A stretch of 38,410 nt of DNA. Source: a virus. Lineage: Duplodnaviria > Caudoviricetes. Location of the stretch: the IMG/VR virus record IMGVR_UViG_3300033475_001784, positions 1 through 38,410 of that record; one strand, 5' to 3'. This document shows positions 16,645 to 25,583 of this stretch, in pieces. Every line of letters begins with the position of its first letter. Position 1 is the first letter of the stretch. The position numbers and the translations under genes were made by a program. The notes beneath the pieces are model-generated. The model was not told the origin of the DNA. It did not search any database and saw only the letters and a program-made list of their open reading frames with translations.

Positions 16645-16935
16645 TCAGGCAATCAGGCGGCGAAGCATTCCTTCTTTCTCGAATCGCTTCATATTCTCTG
16701 TTGCCAGCTTTCCGGTCTCGATGTAGCCGGTCAGAATGTCTTTAAACTTGCGGGATGTTTTGATGAGCTGCCACAGCGCCTCTTTGCCCTCTTTGTCGCG
16801 GGCTGGGCAGGCAATCCACTGTTCCATCACATCCTGCTCGATGGCTTTCAGCGCCTCTTGCAGCAGTTCGTTTTGCAGCAATGAGAATGCATTGTGTCCG
16901 CGCGCCTCATCAGCCAGCAGGTCGGTATCAACCAT
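16645..16935 (-). CDS. Hypothetical protein downstream of portal (96 aa)
   Basis: Overlaps the portal stop; helical. Confidence 0.75.
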   Translation of the reverse strand: MVDTDLLADEARGHNAFSLLQNELLQEALKAIEQDVMEQWIACPARDKEGKEALWQLIKTSRKFKDILTGYIETGKLATENMKRFEKEGMLRRLIA

Positions 16936-18985
16936 TAATCAATGCTCCCGTGTCGATCAGCGCGGCTTGGCTAGCCTGCGCATGCATTAATTCCATTGCT
17001 TTGATGCGCTCCGCAGATGCGAGGCGCATTTGTTCAAGCTGAATTTCGTTCTGGCGATCAAGTTCCGCTTGCTGCGCCTTGAATTGCAACTCCGTTTTCT
17101 GCTTCTGCACGTCGATTTGCATTTCGGCCTGCGCTTTGTGCTGACTGTCTTGTAGCTTGGCTTGCTCTAGCAATACTTTTGGATCAGGCGGAGGCGGAGG
17201 GCCATCCGGCACCTTGTCAGGATCAAGCCAGAACTCGTTCGGGTTCTTGAAGCCAGCATTCTCAGCGAGGCGGGCCTGCACGTTGTAGATCTGTTTCGGG
17301 GAAATGAGCTTCTTCGCGTAGGGCGAGCCGGCGACCGTCGCCTGTGCCTGTGCGATCTGCATCAGGAACTGGCTTTGCTGCTGCTCGTCACCAGCCCCAA
17401 TACCGACGTTAATGGTCATGTCGTACTGATCGCGCCATTCCTGCGGGTCGTAGCTGACGAAGTTGCCGTTGAGGCGGTAGCTCAGCTTGTCCATGCAGTT
17501 GTCGGTGAGCGTCTTGAAGATGCCCTTGAACATCGGCGCAACCAGGCACTCGGCGGCGATGCGCGCCATCAGCTTCATACGCTTTTGGCTGGCATTCATA
17601 ATCATCTGCATGCCGCCCTTAGTCTTGTTCAGGCTATCGCCGTCAAGCCCTTGGGAGTAGCGCGTCCAGCCGGTGCGGTTCTCTTTCTCCGTCTGCAACT
17701 GTTCAAGCATCGGCATCGCCTGGATGCCTTGCCATTGCTCCGCAAACGGGCGAATTGCGCCTGCCACCTTTTCGCGCAAAATGCCACCTGGCCGGCGATT
17801 CAGCAGATCATCGATATTCGCCTGCGGGTTGCCTTGGCTGTCGGTCGTGACAACCGTTTCTTGATTGTTCGCCAGCGCAAGGTTATCGAGCTGGTTTCGC
17901 ATGATGGTCGTATGGATGCGCTGGAAGTCCTCGACCAGCTCCGCTACCGAGAAGCCGCCAAACTGGTGCGTCAGAATGTACGGCGTCCATGCGGCCATCG
18001 GGACATGGCTGACTTCCTTGTTCTCCAGGATGAGATCACCAAGGCGCACGATGCGGCGGCGCTCGGAGATGCCATCACCGTCGTAATCCACCAGCACATA
18101 TTCATCACGCAGCCAGCCACGAACGGTCGTTTCGTCGTCGGTTTCTTCGTTCTGCGTTGGAAAGTCGCCATTCTCGCGGCGATCCATGCTTTCGATGGAC
18201 TCGGCCTCGGATTGCGCGCTGCGCACATCGTCCGCGTCCACGTCATAGCCCATCTCGCGCATGTCAGACACGCTCTTTTGCGTTACATGGGCGACGTATG
18301 GGCATTCATCCAGCAGCAGCGAGTTATGCCGACGGGACACGCGCATCTCTTCAGGCGGGACAGCGACAATGCGGCAAATGCCCTTCTCTTCTACTGTCTT
18401 AACCTTGATGTTAAAGCGGCGCATCTGCGGGATGGGTGCGCCAAATTCGTCAACCTGCTGCGGCTGCTCTTCCTCAACCTCCTCCTGCTCCATGATTTCG
18501 GCGCTCGGATTGGTCATCAGGAACATGGCGAGCTGCATTTCGTCCACATTCTTGTATGTCGTGAAGGTAGGAACGCGCTTCTTCTCCCAAAACCACTTAA
18601 CGCCGCCCGTTTTCATCATCAGCGCATCTTTGAACGCGCTGTACAGGATCAGGAAGCCATTGTTTTGCTTGTAGAAGACGTAATTGCAGGCGTTCGTCGC
18701 TTGCTCTGCGCCGTCTACGTCCTCTTCGCCCGTTGGCTCGAAGATGACCGCCTTATCGCTGGCCGTGAATACCTCGATCAGGTCCGGCAGCATGCCCTCG
18801 ACAGCGTCGAACACGTCAGACGTGACAACCTGGGAGCGGCCTTCTTCCTCGTTGCCGTAAGGCTTGCGCATGTACGCACGAAGCGAACGGTCACGATCCT
18901 CCGTGATGTCGGATTTGTAGATGAGAGTCTGCTTGGACTCCTCATCTAGAATCCGCAGCAGTTCGGTATCGTCCATTTTCGTCAT
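16928..18985 (-). CDS. Portal protein
   Basis: 685 aa; PYGNEEEGRSQVVTSDV and FKDALMMKTG motifs; C-terminal coiled coil; downstream of terL. Confidence 0.9.
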   Translation of the reverse strand: MTKMDDTELLRILDEESKQTLIYKSDITEDRDRSLRAYMRKPYGNEEEGRSQVVTSDVFDAVEGMLPDLIEVFTASDKAVIFEPTGEEDVDGAEQATNACNYVFYKQNNGFLILYSAFKDALMMKTGGVKWFWEKKRVPTFTTYKNVDEMQLAMFLMTNPSAEIMEQEEVEEEQPQQVDEFGAPIPQMRRFNIKVKTVEEKGICRIVAVPPEEMRVSRRHNSLLLDECPYVAHVTQKSVSDMREMGYDVDADDVRSAQSEAESIESMDRRENGDFPTQNEETDDETTVRGWLRDEYVLVDYDGDGISERRRIVRLGDLILENKEVSHVPMAAWTPYILTHQFGGFSVAELVEDFQRIHTTIMRNQLDNLALANNQETVVTTDSQGNPQANIDDLLNRRPGGILREKVAGAIRPFAEQWQGIQAMPMLEQLQTEKENRTGWTRYSQGLDGDSLNKTKGGMQMIMNASQKRMKLMARIAAECLVAPMFKGIFKTLTDNCMDKLSYRLNGNFVSYDPQEWRDQYDMTINVGIGAGDEQQQSQFLMQIAQAQATVAGSPYAKKLISPKQIYNVQARLAENAGFKNPNEFWLDPDKVPDGPPPPPDPKVLLEQAKLQDSQHKAQAEMQIDVQKQKTELQFKAQQAELDRQNEIQLEQMRLASAERIKAMELMHAQASQAALIDTGALING

Positions 18986-19135
18986 TTATTCGTCTTCCAT
19001 GCCCATTGCTCGTTGCAATTCGCGGTATGCGGCCAGCCATCGCTCATCGTTATAGAAGCCGCACCCATACTCACGGTCGGCCTTGAACATTTCGCGCAGC
19101 AACGCCTTGATTCTTTCTAGTTCGTCGGTGTTCAT
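18986..19135 (-). CDS. Small hypothetical protein (49 aa), absent from the ORF track
   Basis: MNTDELERIKALLREMFKADREYGCGFYNDERWLAAYRELQRAMGMEDE; ATGA overlap with terL; stop abuts the portal ATG. Confidence 0.72.
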   Translation of the reverse strand: MNTDELERIKALLREMFKADREYGCGFYNDERWLAAYRELQRAMGMEDE

Positions 19136-20448
19136 GCGATGACCTTGCTCCGGTATTGAATCGGCTGATTGAAAGTGTTGTTGCTAGGCAGTTCGTAGGC
19201 CACGCACATCAGGCCGAATGCGTCAGAACTGTGCGATGCCCAATCATGTTCAGGTCCGAGGCCAATGTTGCGTACCGCATCGCGCTTTTCGTGATACCAG
19301 CCCAACGCATCGATACCCGGTTGCGTCGTCTCTTGGTTGAACCACATGGAAGGGAACAGCCGGCGCGCAGCTTCAACGCGCAACATTGCCGCCCCCTTGC
19401 CTTGATTCGGTATAACCGTGACCACATAGCCCGCCTGCTCGAACGCCGAGCGGTAGGACACGTCGTGTACCTTGTCTTGTGTGTCGCCGTCGTGCGGCAA
19501 CCAGATTTGCGCCTTGTCTGGCGTATAGCCCTGCGACCGCATCCAGTTCAGATGTGCGGCGAGTGGCTGGCCTTGCTGTTCGTAGTGGTTCAGCACGCGT
19601 ATCTCGCGGCCGATGAACTGCGCGGCCCAAAATACGAAGTTGTCCGCCTTGGCTCCAGTGCCGCCAATGTCGGCGAACAGGCGAATGGTCATCAGCGGGT
19701 CAGCTGCTACCTTGCCGATGCGCCCTTCGGCTTTTGCATTGGTCAGTGCCGACGCCAGATAAGCGCCTTCGATCACGTTGGCGTGCTCGCCCTCCCAAAT
19801 GTGCGCATACTGATCTGGCCGCTCGATCAAATCACGCTGCCGCTCCCGCTCCAACTTTGCTGGAAACTTTGGGTTATCGCGCCAATTGAGTTGAACAATC
19901 TTGATGCGTGGATCTGCCGAATTCTTGAACCGTTTCTCTACTGCTGAGTTCTTGCGCTTCGGGTTCCATGTCACCCACAGTTCCGCATTCCAGCCTTCGC
20001 CCTCTTCGCGTAAGGTTGGGATAACGACTGTCCACGCTTCATCGGAAACCGGCTCGGCCTCATCCACCCACAGGATCAGGATGCGACCCTTCGACTTGAT
20101 GCTGGCAACATTGCGGTCAAGACCAACAAATGTGAACCAGATGCGTCCGTCACGGCTTTTGATGTACTTGTCGCCAATCTCGTAATAAGCCAGCAGAAAA
20201 GGCTCATCTTCAATCGCTCTCTTGCATTCCTCCAAAGAAGAATCTTCCAGCGAATTCATGAACTGCCGGCCGCATACCAGTTGACCAGTGATGCCTGCCT
20301 GTCCGTAGATGTAGCCACGAACAGCAATCATCTTGGCGAAGGATCGCGTCTTCGCAGACCCCCTGCCTCCATCCGCGCCCCTTACATCAGCCTCACCCTC
20401 GAAAACAGGGATCAGCTTGTCGGGGATTTCAACCCGTACTGTCGTCAT
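19132..20448 (-). CDS. terL: Terminase large subunit
   Basis: GGRGSAKT Walker A, LWVDEAE Walker B, TWNP, and C-terminal nuclease motifs (ADIG, HSSDAF). Confidence 0.95.
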   Translation of the reverse strand: MTTVRVEIPDKLIPVFEGEADVRGADGGRGSAKTRSFAKMIAVRGYIYGQAGITGQLVCGRQFMNSLEDSSLEECKRAIEDEPFLLAYYEIGDKYIKSRDGRIWFTFVGLDRNVASIKSKGRILILWVDEAEPVSDEAWTVVIPTLREEGEGWNAELWVTWNPKRKNSAVEKRFKNSADPRIKIVQLNWRDNPKFPAKLERERQRDLIERPDQYAHIWEGEHANVIEGAYLASALTNAKAEGRIGKVAADPLMTIRLFADIGGTGAKADNFVFWAAQFIGREIRVLNHYEQQGQPLAAHLNWMRSQGYTPDKAQIWLPHDGDTQDKVHDVSYRSAFEQAGYVVTVIPNQGKGAAMLRVEAARRLFPSMWFNQETTQPGIDALGWYHEKRDAVRNIGLGPEHDWASHSSDAFGLMCVAYELPSNNTFNQPIQYRSKVIA

Positions 20449-20887
20449 CGGGACGCATAGCGACCAGCTCGATTCGACTAACCTGCACTGGAGGCAGATC
20501 ATCCGCCCCGCCGATTGCAACCTTATCGCCGTACTTCTTCGGATACATCTTGGATGCCAGCCATTTCCGAGCATCCACCCGAAGCCGCGAACGACCGATT
20601 ACGTCTTGATCTGTGCGCTTATTGCCGCTCTCATCAACGTAGGTGTCGTTTTCGCCACTGTCCGCAATCTCAAGGATTTCCTCGGCCAGATAGTCGGCCT
20701 GCGCCTCCCGTGCGCGCGTGTATTGGTCGCGAAATGTCTTGTATCGCTCATCGCCCAACCAGCGGAACACTGTGGCCTTGTCCGGCATATCGTCGGACTC
20801 GCATATCTTGCGCAGGCTTTTACCGTCTGCAAGTTGCGAACAAATCTCGGCGGCTATCTCCTCAGAGAATGAACTGGGTCTTGTCAT
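20429..20887 (-). CDS. terS: Terminase small subunit (Sf6 gp1-like)
   Basis: ICSQLADGKSLRKIC...MPDKATVFRWL...RLRVDARKWLASKMYPKKYGDK. Confidence 0.93.
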   Translation of the reverse strand: MTRPSSFSEEIAAEICSQLADGKSLRKICESDDMPDKATVFRWLGDERYKTFRDQYTRAREAQADYLAEEILEIADSGENDTYVDESGNKRTDQDVIGRSRLRVDARKWLASKMYPKKYGDKVAIGGADDLPPVQVSRIELVAMRPDDDSTG

Positions 20888-20926
20888 GATTTCAGGGTTC
20901 CTTCAGGATTGTCCTGAGCTACGAAT

Positions 20927-20960
20927 AAAAACGCCCTGTCCTCAGTCAAGAGTCAGGGCG
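20927..20960 (-). terminator. Terminator-like hairpin upstream of terS
   Basis: CGCCCTG...CAGGGCG stem followed by TTTT on the minus strand. Confidence 0.45.
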
Positions 20961-20990
20961 AACACGTCTAATGACGTGAAGGGGTAATCG

Positions 20991-21374
20991 TTAATGTAAG
21001 CGACGTAGGAAAGCAATCGCTTGCCGGCAGGAGCTTGCAACCTCGGCACAGTGCTTTGCTTGCTCGGCGCTTCCTTCTGCTGCGTGGATTGGCGCGTTGT
21101 TCTCCAGCATTTCTGCCTTATTTGCCAACTCGCATATTGCTGAATCAAATGTCCCAGGGTCGATCCCTATGTCGGGCGAATTAACCCGCCACTTTGGGTC
21201 TACGTCCGCACATTCGGAATGAGCCATTAGGCCAGCAACCATGCCAGCCTGGTTCTCATTGTCATACTCGCCTATCGTATCCACACCAGCCACCTCTTGG
21301 CCGCCCTCAAGCTCATACCGATGGAAGCGCGTGATGACGAAGCGGGTTACGGGCTTTACTTTGTATTCAATCAT
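20991..21374 (-). CDS. Hypothetical protein, first gene of the late operon
   Basis: GGAG RBS; lies between the late leader and terS. Confidence 0.65.
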   Translation of the reverse strand: MIEYKVKPVTRFVITRFHRYELEGGQEVAGVDTIGEYDNENQAGMVAGLMAHSECADVDPKWRVNSPDIGIDPGTFDSAICELANKAEMLENNAPIHAAEGSAEQAKHCAEVASSCRQAIAFLRRLH

Positions 21375-21409
21375 GCTTTTCTCCAGCCTCCGCAGAGGCA
21401 CAAGACAAT

Positions 21410-21482
21410 AAAAAAGCGCCTCATCCCGCAGGAGTAAGGCGCTAACGAAAAAGCCCCGCGTCCGGTTAAGGAAGCAGGGCTT
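21410..21482 (-). terminator. Two tandem terminators in the late leader (tR'-like)
   Basis: AAGCCC...GGGCTT and AGCGCCT...AGGCGCT stems, each followed by a T run on the minus strand. Confidence 0.68.
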
Positions 21483-21489
21483 AGAGACA

Positions 21490-21577
21490 GTTATAGAGAC
21501 TATCGAATTAGGGTCAATTTTAGATGAAAGTGTACGGGGCTATCCACACAAAAGATGCACGGATAATTCCGTACACT
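21490..21577 (-). promoter_or_regulatory. Putative late promoter (pR'-like) with inverted repeat
   Basis: Minus-strand candidates TGGATA-18-TAAAAT and TTGACC-16-TATAAC; inverted repeat AGTGTACGG (21529)/CCGTACACT (21569); directly after the Q-like gene. Confidence 0.55.
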
Positions 21578-21578
21578 C

Positions 21579-22016
21579 TCAATCTGTTTCTGGCTCTTCT
21601 CGTTGCGGCTTTTGCATCTGTTCTGACATGCGTTTGAGGCTATGCGACATTGAGTAGGCGCGGCGAGCAAAGCGGTTGGCGCGGTCATAGAATGTCTGCC
21701 GGCCGATCTTCATGTCGTAAGCAATCCGCTTGATGTTCTGCGCCTGGCAGTAGTAAAGCAGCAGGAAGCATTCGCTCTGCTCTGGATCCATATCGCACAG
21801 CGCGTGGACTGCCATGTTGAAATACTGCATATTTGCCGATAACTCGGCATCTGGGGGCTGGCGAACCTTGCTAGGCTGCATGCGGGCCAGGATGTTCTTA
21901 GCCTTTGGCGGAAGGTAGAACCCGCGCGTCCGGCACCATTCCCGCCATGCCTCGCAGTAAGCATGCAGATCCTGGTCATTCAGGCCAACTCGCACTTCGT
22001 CAATATCTCGCATCAT
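21579..22016 (-). CDS. Q-like antiterminator / late regulator
   Basis: N-terminal AWREW helix and C-terminal HTH (IKRIAYDMKIGRQTFYDR); last early gene before promoter and terminators. Confidence 0.72.
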   Translation of the reverse strand: MMRDIDEVRVGLNDQDLHAYCEAWREWCRTRGFYLPPKAKNILARMQPSKVRQPPDAELSANMQYFNMAVHALCDMDPEQSECFLLLYYCQAQNIKRIAYDMKIGRQTFYDRANRFARRAYSMSHSLKRMSEQMQKPQREEPETD

Positions 22017-22135
22017 TCCCCACCCTCCCAATAGTCCTCAGTCCTCTCGTCCACAATCTCGAATATCCTGGATAGAACAAGGGCCGCAATTACTACTCCG
22101 CAAAATACGCCTAGCGCTTTAAGTGCTTCGACCAT
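22013..22135 (-). CDS. 40-aa single-TM protein
   Basis: MVEALKALGVFCGVVIAALVLSRIFEIVDERTEDYWEGGE; ATGA overlap with the Q-like gene. Confidence 0.55.
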   Translation of the reverse strand: MVEALKALGVFCGVVIAALVLSRIFEIVDERTEDYWEGGE

Positions 22136-22139
22136 GGCA

Positions 22140-22292
22140 TCAACCCAATGCGATGTAGCTGGCAATAGCAGCACACCCGAATGCGCATAAGGTGTGGGTC
22201 CATACCGGGATTTCCTTTTGACTCAATATTTCAATGATTCCCGTTACTCCAACGCTTACCGCCCATGTCCCGCAAATCAGAAATGCACTCAT
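22140..22292 (-). CDS. 50-aa membrane protein
   Basis: MSAFLICGTWAVSVGVTGIIEILSQKEIPVWTHTLCAFGCAAIASYIALG; AAGGAG RBS. Confidence 0.6.
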   Translation of the reverse strand: MSAFLICGTWAVSVGVTGIIEILSQKEIPVWTHTLCAFGCAAIASYIALG

Positions 22293-22321
22293 CTTTCTCT
22301 CCTTTTAGTGTGTTGGATGGG

Positions 22322-22510
22322 CTACTTCACCACCGCCGCGATCACCCACGCAATCAGCGATACGAACAACGCTGGCACGCACATAAATAGCCTCGTTATC
22401 CCGCCGAGGAATCCGTCATCGTCCGCAGGCCAGAAGAACGCCCAGAGCATTGCCAGAATCGTTACACCAGTCGGTATCTGCCACCATGCAAGATTTAGCG
22501 TGATAGTCAT
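22322..22510 (-). CDS. 62-aa two-TM protein
   Basis: Two hydrophobic segments; AAGGAG RBS. Confidence 0.7.
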   Translation of the reverse strand: MTITLNLAWWQIPTGVTILAMLWAFFWPADDDGFLGGITRLFMCVPALFVSLIAWVIAAVVK

Positions 22511-22861
22511 TCACTTCTCCTTGGTTGAAATACTGGCTGCTGCACGGACTATGGCGCGGCGAGTGGCGGCGCGCGTGTCCAATGAAATGTCGGCTACTTC
22601 TGAAAGCCGCTCGCCGGTTACGGCCCCGACCGCACTGCACGCAGCGCCGGATTCGGTTCGTGCAATCGGAAACACGCGCAGCCCAAGGTCGCATGCCAGC
22701 CGCAGCGCGTCGCCGTCGTCTTCTAGTGGGTTCCACTTCGGCCCGCCGTTCCCCATGTACAGGAACGAAGGTGCGCCAGATGCTCCGCATGCCCAGGCAT
22801 CGCTTCTAATGTCATAGCCCGCCGCCTTCGCCGCCGCTTCCAGCAATTCACGATCTGTCAT
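22511..22861 (-). CDS. Phage protein, NinX-like
   Basis: MTDRELLEAAAKAAG...WNPLEDDGDALRLA...ATRRAIVRAAA pattern. Confidence 0.7.
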   Translation of the reverse strand: MTDRELLEAAAKAAGYDIRSDAWACGASGAPSFLYMGNGGPKWNPLEDDGDALRLACDLGLRVFPIARTESGAACSAVGAVTGERLSEVADISLDTRAATRRAIVRAAASISTKEK

Positions 22862-22882
22862 CACTTCTCCCTTCTCTCAAAC

Positions 22883-23152
22883 TCAATCGGCACTAGTAGG
22901 CGATTGGCGCGGGTAATGCACCACCCAATGCTGGACAGGCTCAGGCACATCCATCAGCGCAGTCACGTAGACATAGCCTTTGGGCGACAGGTCGTAACAG
23001 CGACCACTTACGGACTTTTCGCTGCGTAGATAGCCTTCTTCCCTGAATATATTGATAGCCTTCCGCACAGCCGGCGCAGAGAAATCGCCATCCCGAAAGT
23101 CGTCTGCGGCTTTGTAGTAGTGCAGCAGTATTTCAATCTGAAGCGGGGACAT
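22883..23152 (-). CDS. Hypothetical winged-helix-like protein
   Basis: FREEGYL...YDLSPKG pattern; GGAG RBS. Confidence 0.6.
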   Translation of the reverse strand: MSPLQIEILLHYYKAADDFRDGDFSAPAVRKAINIFREEGYLRSEKSVSGRCYDLSPKGYVYVTALMDVPEPVQHWVVHYPRQSPTSAD

Positions 23153-23153
23153 C

Positions 23154-23360
23154 TCATTTCTCCTTCGTGGTTAAAGACTTCTCAAACGCAATGCGCTTCT
23201 CCACGATTTCCGGCGGCGCTTCGATGAACTGCTCGCATATCGGAGCACTGAAACTGTTGAAGCAGCCAACCGGCTTGTGCTTGCACCATCCGAAGCCAAC
23301 CCCTGCATGCTTTGGATTGTGCTGTAGGTCGAGATTGAGGCAGTCTAGGCAGCGGCTCAT
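23154..23360 (-). CDS. Small four-Cys protein
   Basis: CLDC...WC...IC; ATGA overlap with the replication gene. Confidence 0.65.
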   Translation of the reverse strand: MSRCLDCLNLDLQHNPKHAGVGFGWCKHKPVGCFNSFSAPICEQFIEAPPEIVEKRIAFEKSLTTKEK

Positions 23361-24271
23361 GCGGCCTCCCGGGGCTTCACAAACGATTTCAGCGATGGCA
23401 TGCCTTCCGGTTTTTTGTAGTCCTTCTCGCCGTCGTCAAACGTGGTGATGTTGGCCCGTGGCGGCGGTGGCGGCTTTCCGCCGTTGTCGATTGCAGCCTG
23501 CACGCGGCCTTTGAACGATGGCATGTATTCGCCGTTGTGCGGCTTCATGCCCATCTCTGCACCTTTGGCTAGGATCAGCGCATCGGATGACCACCAAGGG
23601 GCCGAGCCGCCGTTTGCTCGAGTCTGCTTGTCATCCTTCACGGGGAATAAGCCGGTCCATTTGCCTGACATGATGCTTTGCTCAATGACGGCCTTCGGGT
23701 CGTTACCGTCTGCCCTCAGCGTCTCGAGCTTTGCAATGCACAGTTCGGCAGCTTTAAGCGTCAACTTGGCCTTGATGCTTTTGCGGTAATCCACCCATCC
23801 TTGCCAAACGTCGGCAGGCAACCAAGCCGGCAGGCTTAGGTTTTCTAAATCGATAGATTTAGTATTGGTTACTGACTTATGACTTATGTTCGTTTTTGCT
23901 TCGGCATTTGGTGAAGCATTTGCTTCGGCTTTGCTTGATCTGGTTTTCCCTGATTGCTTGCCACCTGCTTTCGCGTTTTCCTTCAGGTTGGCTATTTTTT
24001 CTTGAGCAATCGACACTTCTTCGTCAATGCGTTGGTGGTGCAATTGCCCTGCGCTTTCGATGAAGAACGCTTTGGACACGAAATCCACGGCCTCACGCTC
24101 TTTCTTCTCCAATGCACCGCAAATGCGATACAAGGCGTCCGGGTTCGCTGGCAGAGGGTTCTCTGTGGAGTAGTAGTGATCCATCAGGCGACGATATGCC
24201 CCGTCCTGCGCAAGCGACAGATGGCCGGTCTTTGTCTGGTAGTCGCCTATGTAATGCTTGTAATAAATCAC
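23357..24271 (-). CDS. Replication initiator (DUF1376/YdaU-like N-terminus)
   Basis: YYKHYIGDYQTKTGHLS...GAYRRLMDHYY; LPAWLPADVWQGWVDYRK; internal iteron-like repeats. Confidence 0.82.
   Translation of the reverse strand: MIYYKHYIGDYQTKTGHLSLAQDGAYRRLMDHYYSTENPLPANPDALYRICGALEKKEREAVDFVSKAFFIESAGQLHHQRIDEEVSIAQEKIANLKENAKAGGKQSGKTRSSKAEANASPNAEAKTNISHKSVTNTKSIDLENLSLPAWLPADVWQGWVDYRKSIKAKLTLKAAELCIAKLETLRADGNDPKAVIEQSIMSGKWTGLFPVKDDKQTRANGGSAPWWSSDALILAKGAEMGMKPHNGEYMPSFKGRVQAAIDNGGKPPPPPRANITTFDDGEKDYKKPEGMPSLKSFVKPREAA
23840..23960. other. Putative replication origin
   Basis: TTTGCTTCGGC at 23895 and 23919, variants at 23907 and 23930, GACTTAT twice, adjacent AT-rich tract, all in the linker of the initiator gene. 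Confidence 0.6.
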
Positions 24272-24900
24272 GACGCCACCTCTTTATCGGCCAACTTAAT
24301 CAAGCCCTTGTAGTGGGCGATCTGTTCTTTCAATTCGGGAATGCTCAACTTCTTCACTGGATGTGGGCCTTCAAGCCATTCAACGCGTTCTGCGCCGATC
24401 TTCTTTACTAGTCCGCTCCGGTACATCACTGCGTTGCTACTCAGTTGCACGTTGCAGCGGTGGCACTGCTTGTGGATGTTGTCCAGAACGAACCGGAGGG
24501 TGTTGTTTGCCCCCCTGGATATGTAGTGGCCGGCCTCCCACCGCACGGTTACTGTTGTGCCGCAGGAGATACAAGGCAAATCACGGTCACGTACGACGCG
24601 CACCCACTTGTTCACCAGCTTTTGCAAATCCTCTTCCCATGCGCTGTGTTTCTTCAGCGCTTCTCGCTGCACCCTCGTCTTCTTCCGCTCTTCCTGCTCA
24701 CGCTTGGCTGCTTCCTTTAGGCGCTTCATCTCAGCTACCGCTTGGGCGCATTGCCATGAGCAGACTGTTTGCATCGGCTTGGTCTTCGTGAACTTGGCGC
24801 GGCACTGACGATTGGCGCAGGTGTATTCCTTGTGTGGCTTTTCCGACAACGATGCAGGAGCATTCCTACATGACGAGGCAAATTTTTTTGAGCCAATCAC
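24268..24900 (-). CDS. ninG: NinG/Rap-family endonuclease
   Basis: Zn-finger N-terminus (VCSWQCA), RDRDLPCISCG, AGHY and NIHKQCHRCN motifs. Confidence 0.87.
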   Translation of the reverse strand: MIGSKKFASSCRNAPASLSEKPHKEYTCANRQCRAKFTKTKPMQTVCSWQCAQAVAEMKRLKEAAKREQEERKKTRVQREALKKHSAWEEDLQKLVNKWVRVVRDRDLPCISCGTTVTVRWEAGHYISRGANNTLRFVLDNIHKQCHRCNVQLSSNAVMYRSGLVKKIGAERVEWLEGPHPVKKLSIPELKEQIAHYKGLIKLADKEVAS

Positions 24901-25583
24901 AGCAATGCCGCCTGTTCTTGCTTTGCCAGTGCTGGCTCGAATAGCTGGCCTTGCGCATAGGCCTGCTCGATGCGCTTGCAGGCGATGTCGAAATATTTAG
25001 GTTCGCGCTCAATGCCGATAAACTTTCGGCCTAGCTGTGCCGCTGCAACGCCGGTTGTACCGCTACCCATAAAAGGGTCTAGTACGAGGCCATCGGTCCA
25101 TTTAATAAACTGGGCCATCAGACCAACTGGCTTCTCCGTAGGGTGATAGTCGTTAGCGGTTCGCGCGTGACTTATTACATCCGTTGGCCGGCCGGACGGG
25201 AAACGATGGGCTGGCCCAGCGTAAAAAAACGCCACCTCTGTTTGTCTGGCGTGTTCATGCTGCAGGTCCCCCATGGACCAATTATTTTTCACCCACGTAA
25301 CTAGACTTTTCGGTTGCGGGTAGTCTTTGACGTTATCCCATCGCCCAAATGCGTACACGGAATGCTGCGCATTTTCTAGCGCCCAATCCAGAACGGCGCA
25401 GGCAAGATCCGCAGACTCGTCATTAGCGATCTTCATGTGCTTTTCATTGCGGAAATTGGACTGAAAGGCCATCCCATACGGCGGATCAGTAATAACCGCA
25501 TCCACCTTACCGAGCGTCGGCAGAATGTCCATGCAATCGCCGCAGTACAGCGTTGCGTCACCGATGATTACTGGCTCAATCAT
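24897..25583 (-). CDS. Orphan DNA methyltransferase (N6A/N4C, beta class)
   Basis: DPPY precedes HPTEKP and LDPFMGSGTTG; no cognate restriction enzyme seen. Confidence 0.92.
   Translation of the reverse strand: MIEPVIIGDATLYCGDCMDILPTLGKVDAVITDPPYGMAFQSNFRNEKHMKIANDESADLACAVLDWALENAQHSVYAFGRWDNVKDYPQPKSLVTWVKNNWSMGDLQHEHARQTEVAFFYAGPAHRFPSGRPTDVISHARTANDYHPTEKPVGLMAQFIKWTDGLVLDPFMGSGTTGVAAAQLGRKFIGIEREPKYFDIACKRIEQAYAQGQLFEPALAKQEQAALL

Noticed and set aside
17375-18949. 524-aa plus-strand ORF
   Set aside because: Antisense shadow of the portal gene; no recognisable motifs or RBS; expected from codon bias in GC-rich genes.
24897-25583. Restriction-modification system
   Set aside because: The methyltransferase lies between ninB and ninG with no cognate restriction enzyme; orphan MTases are common in phages.
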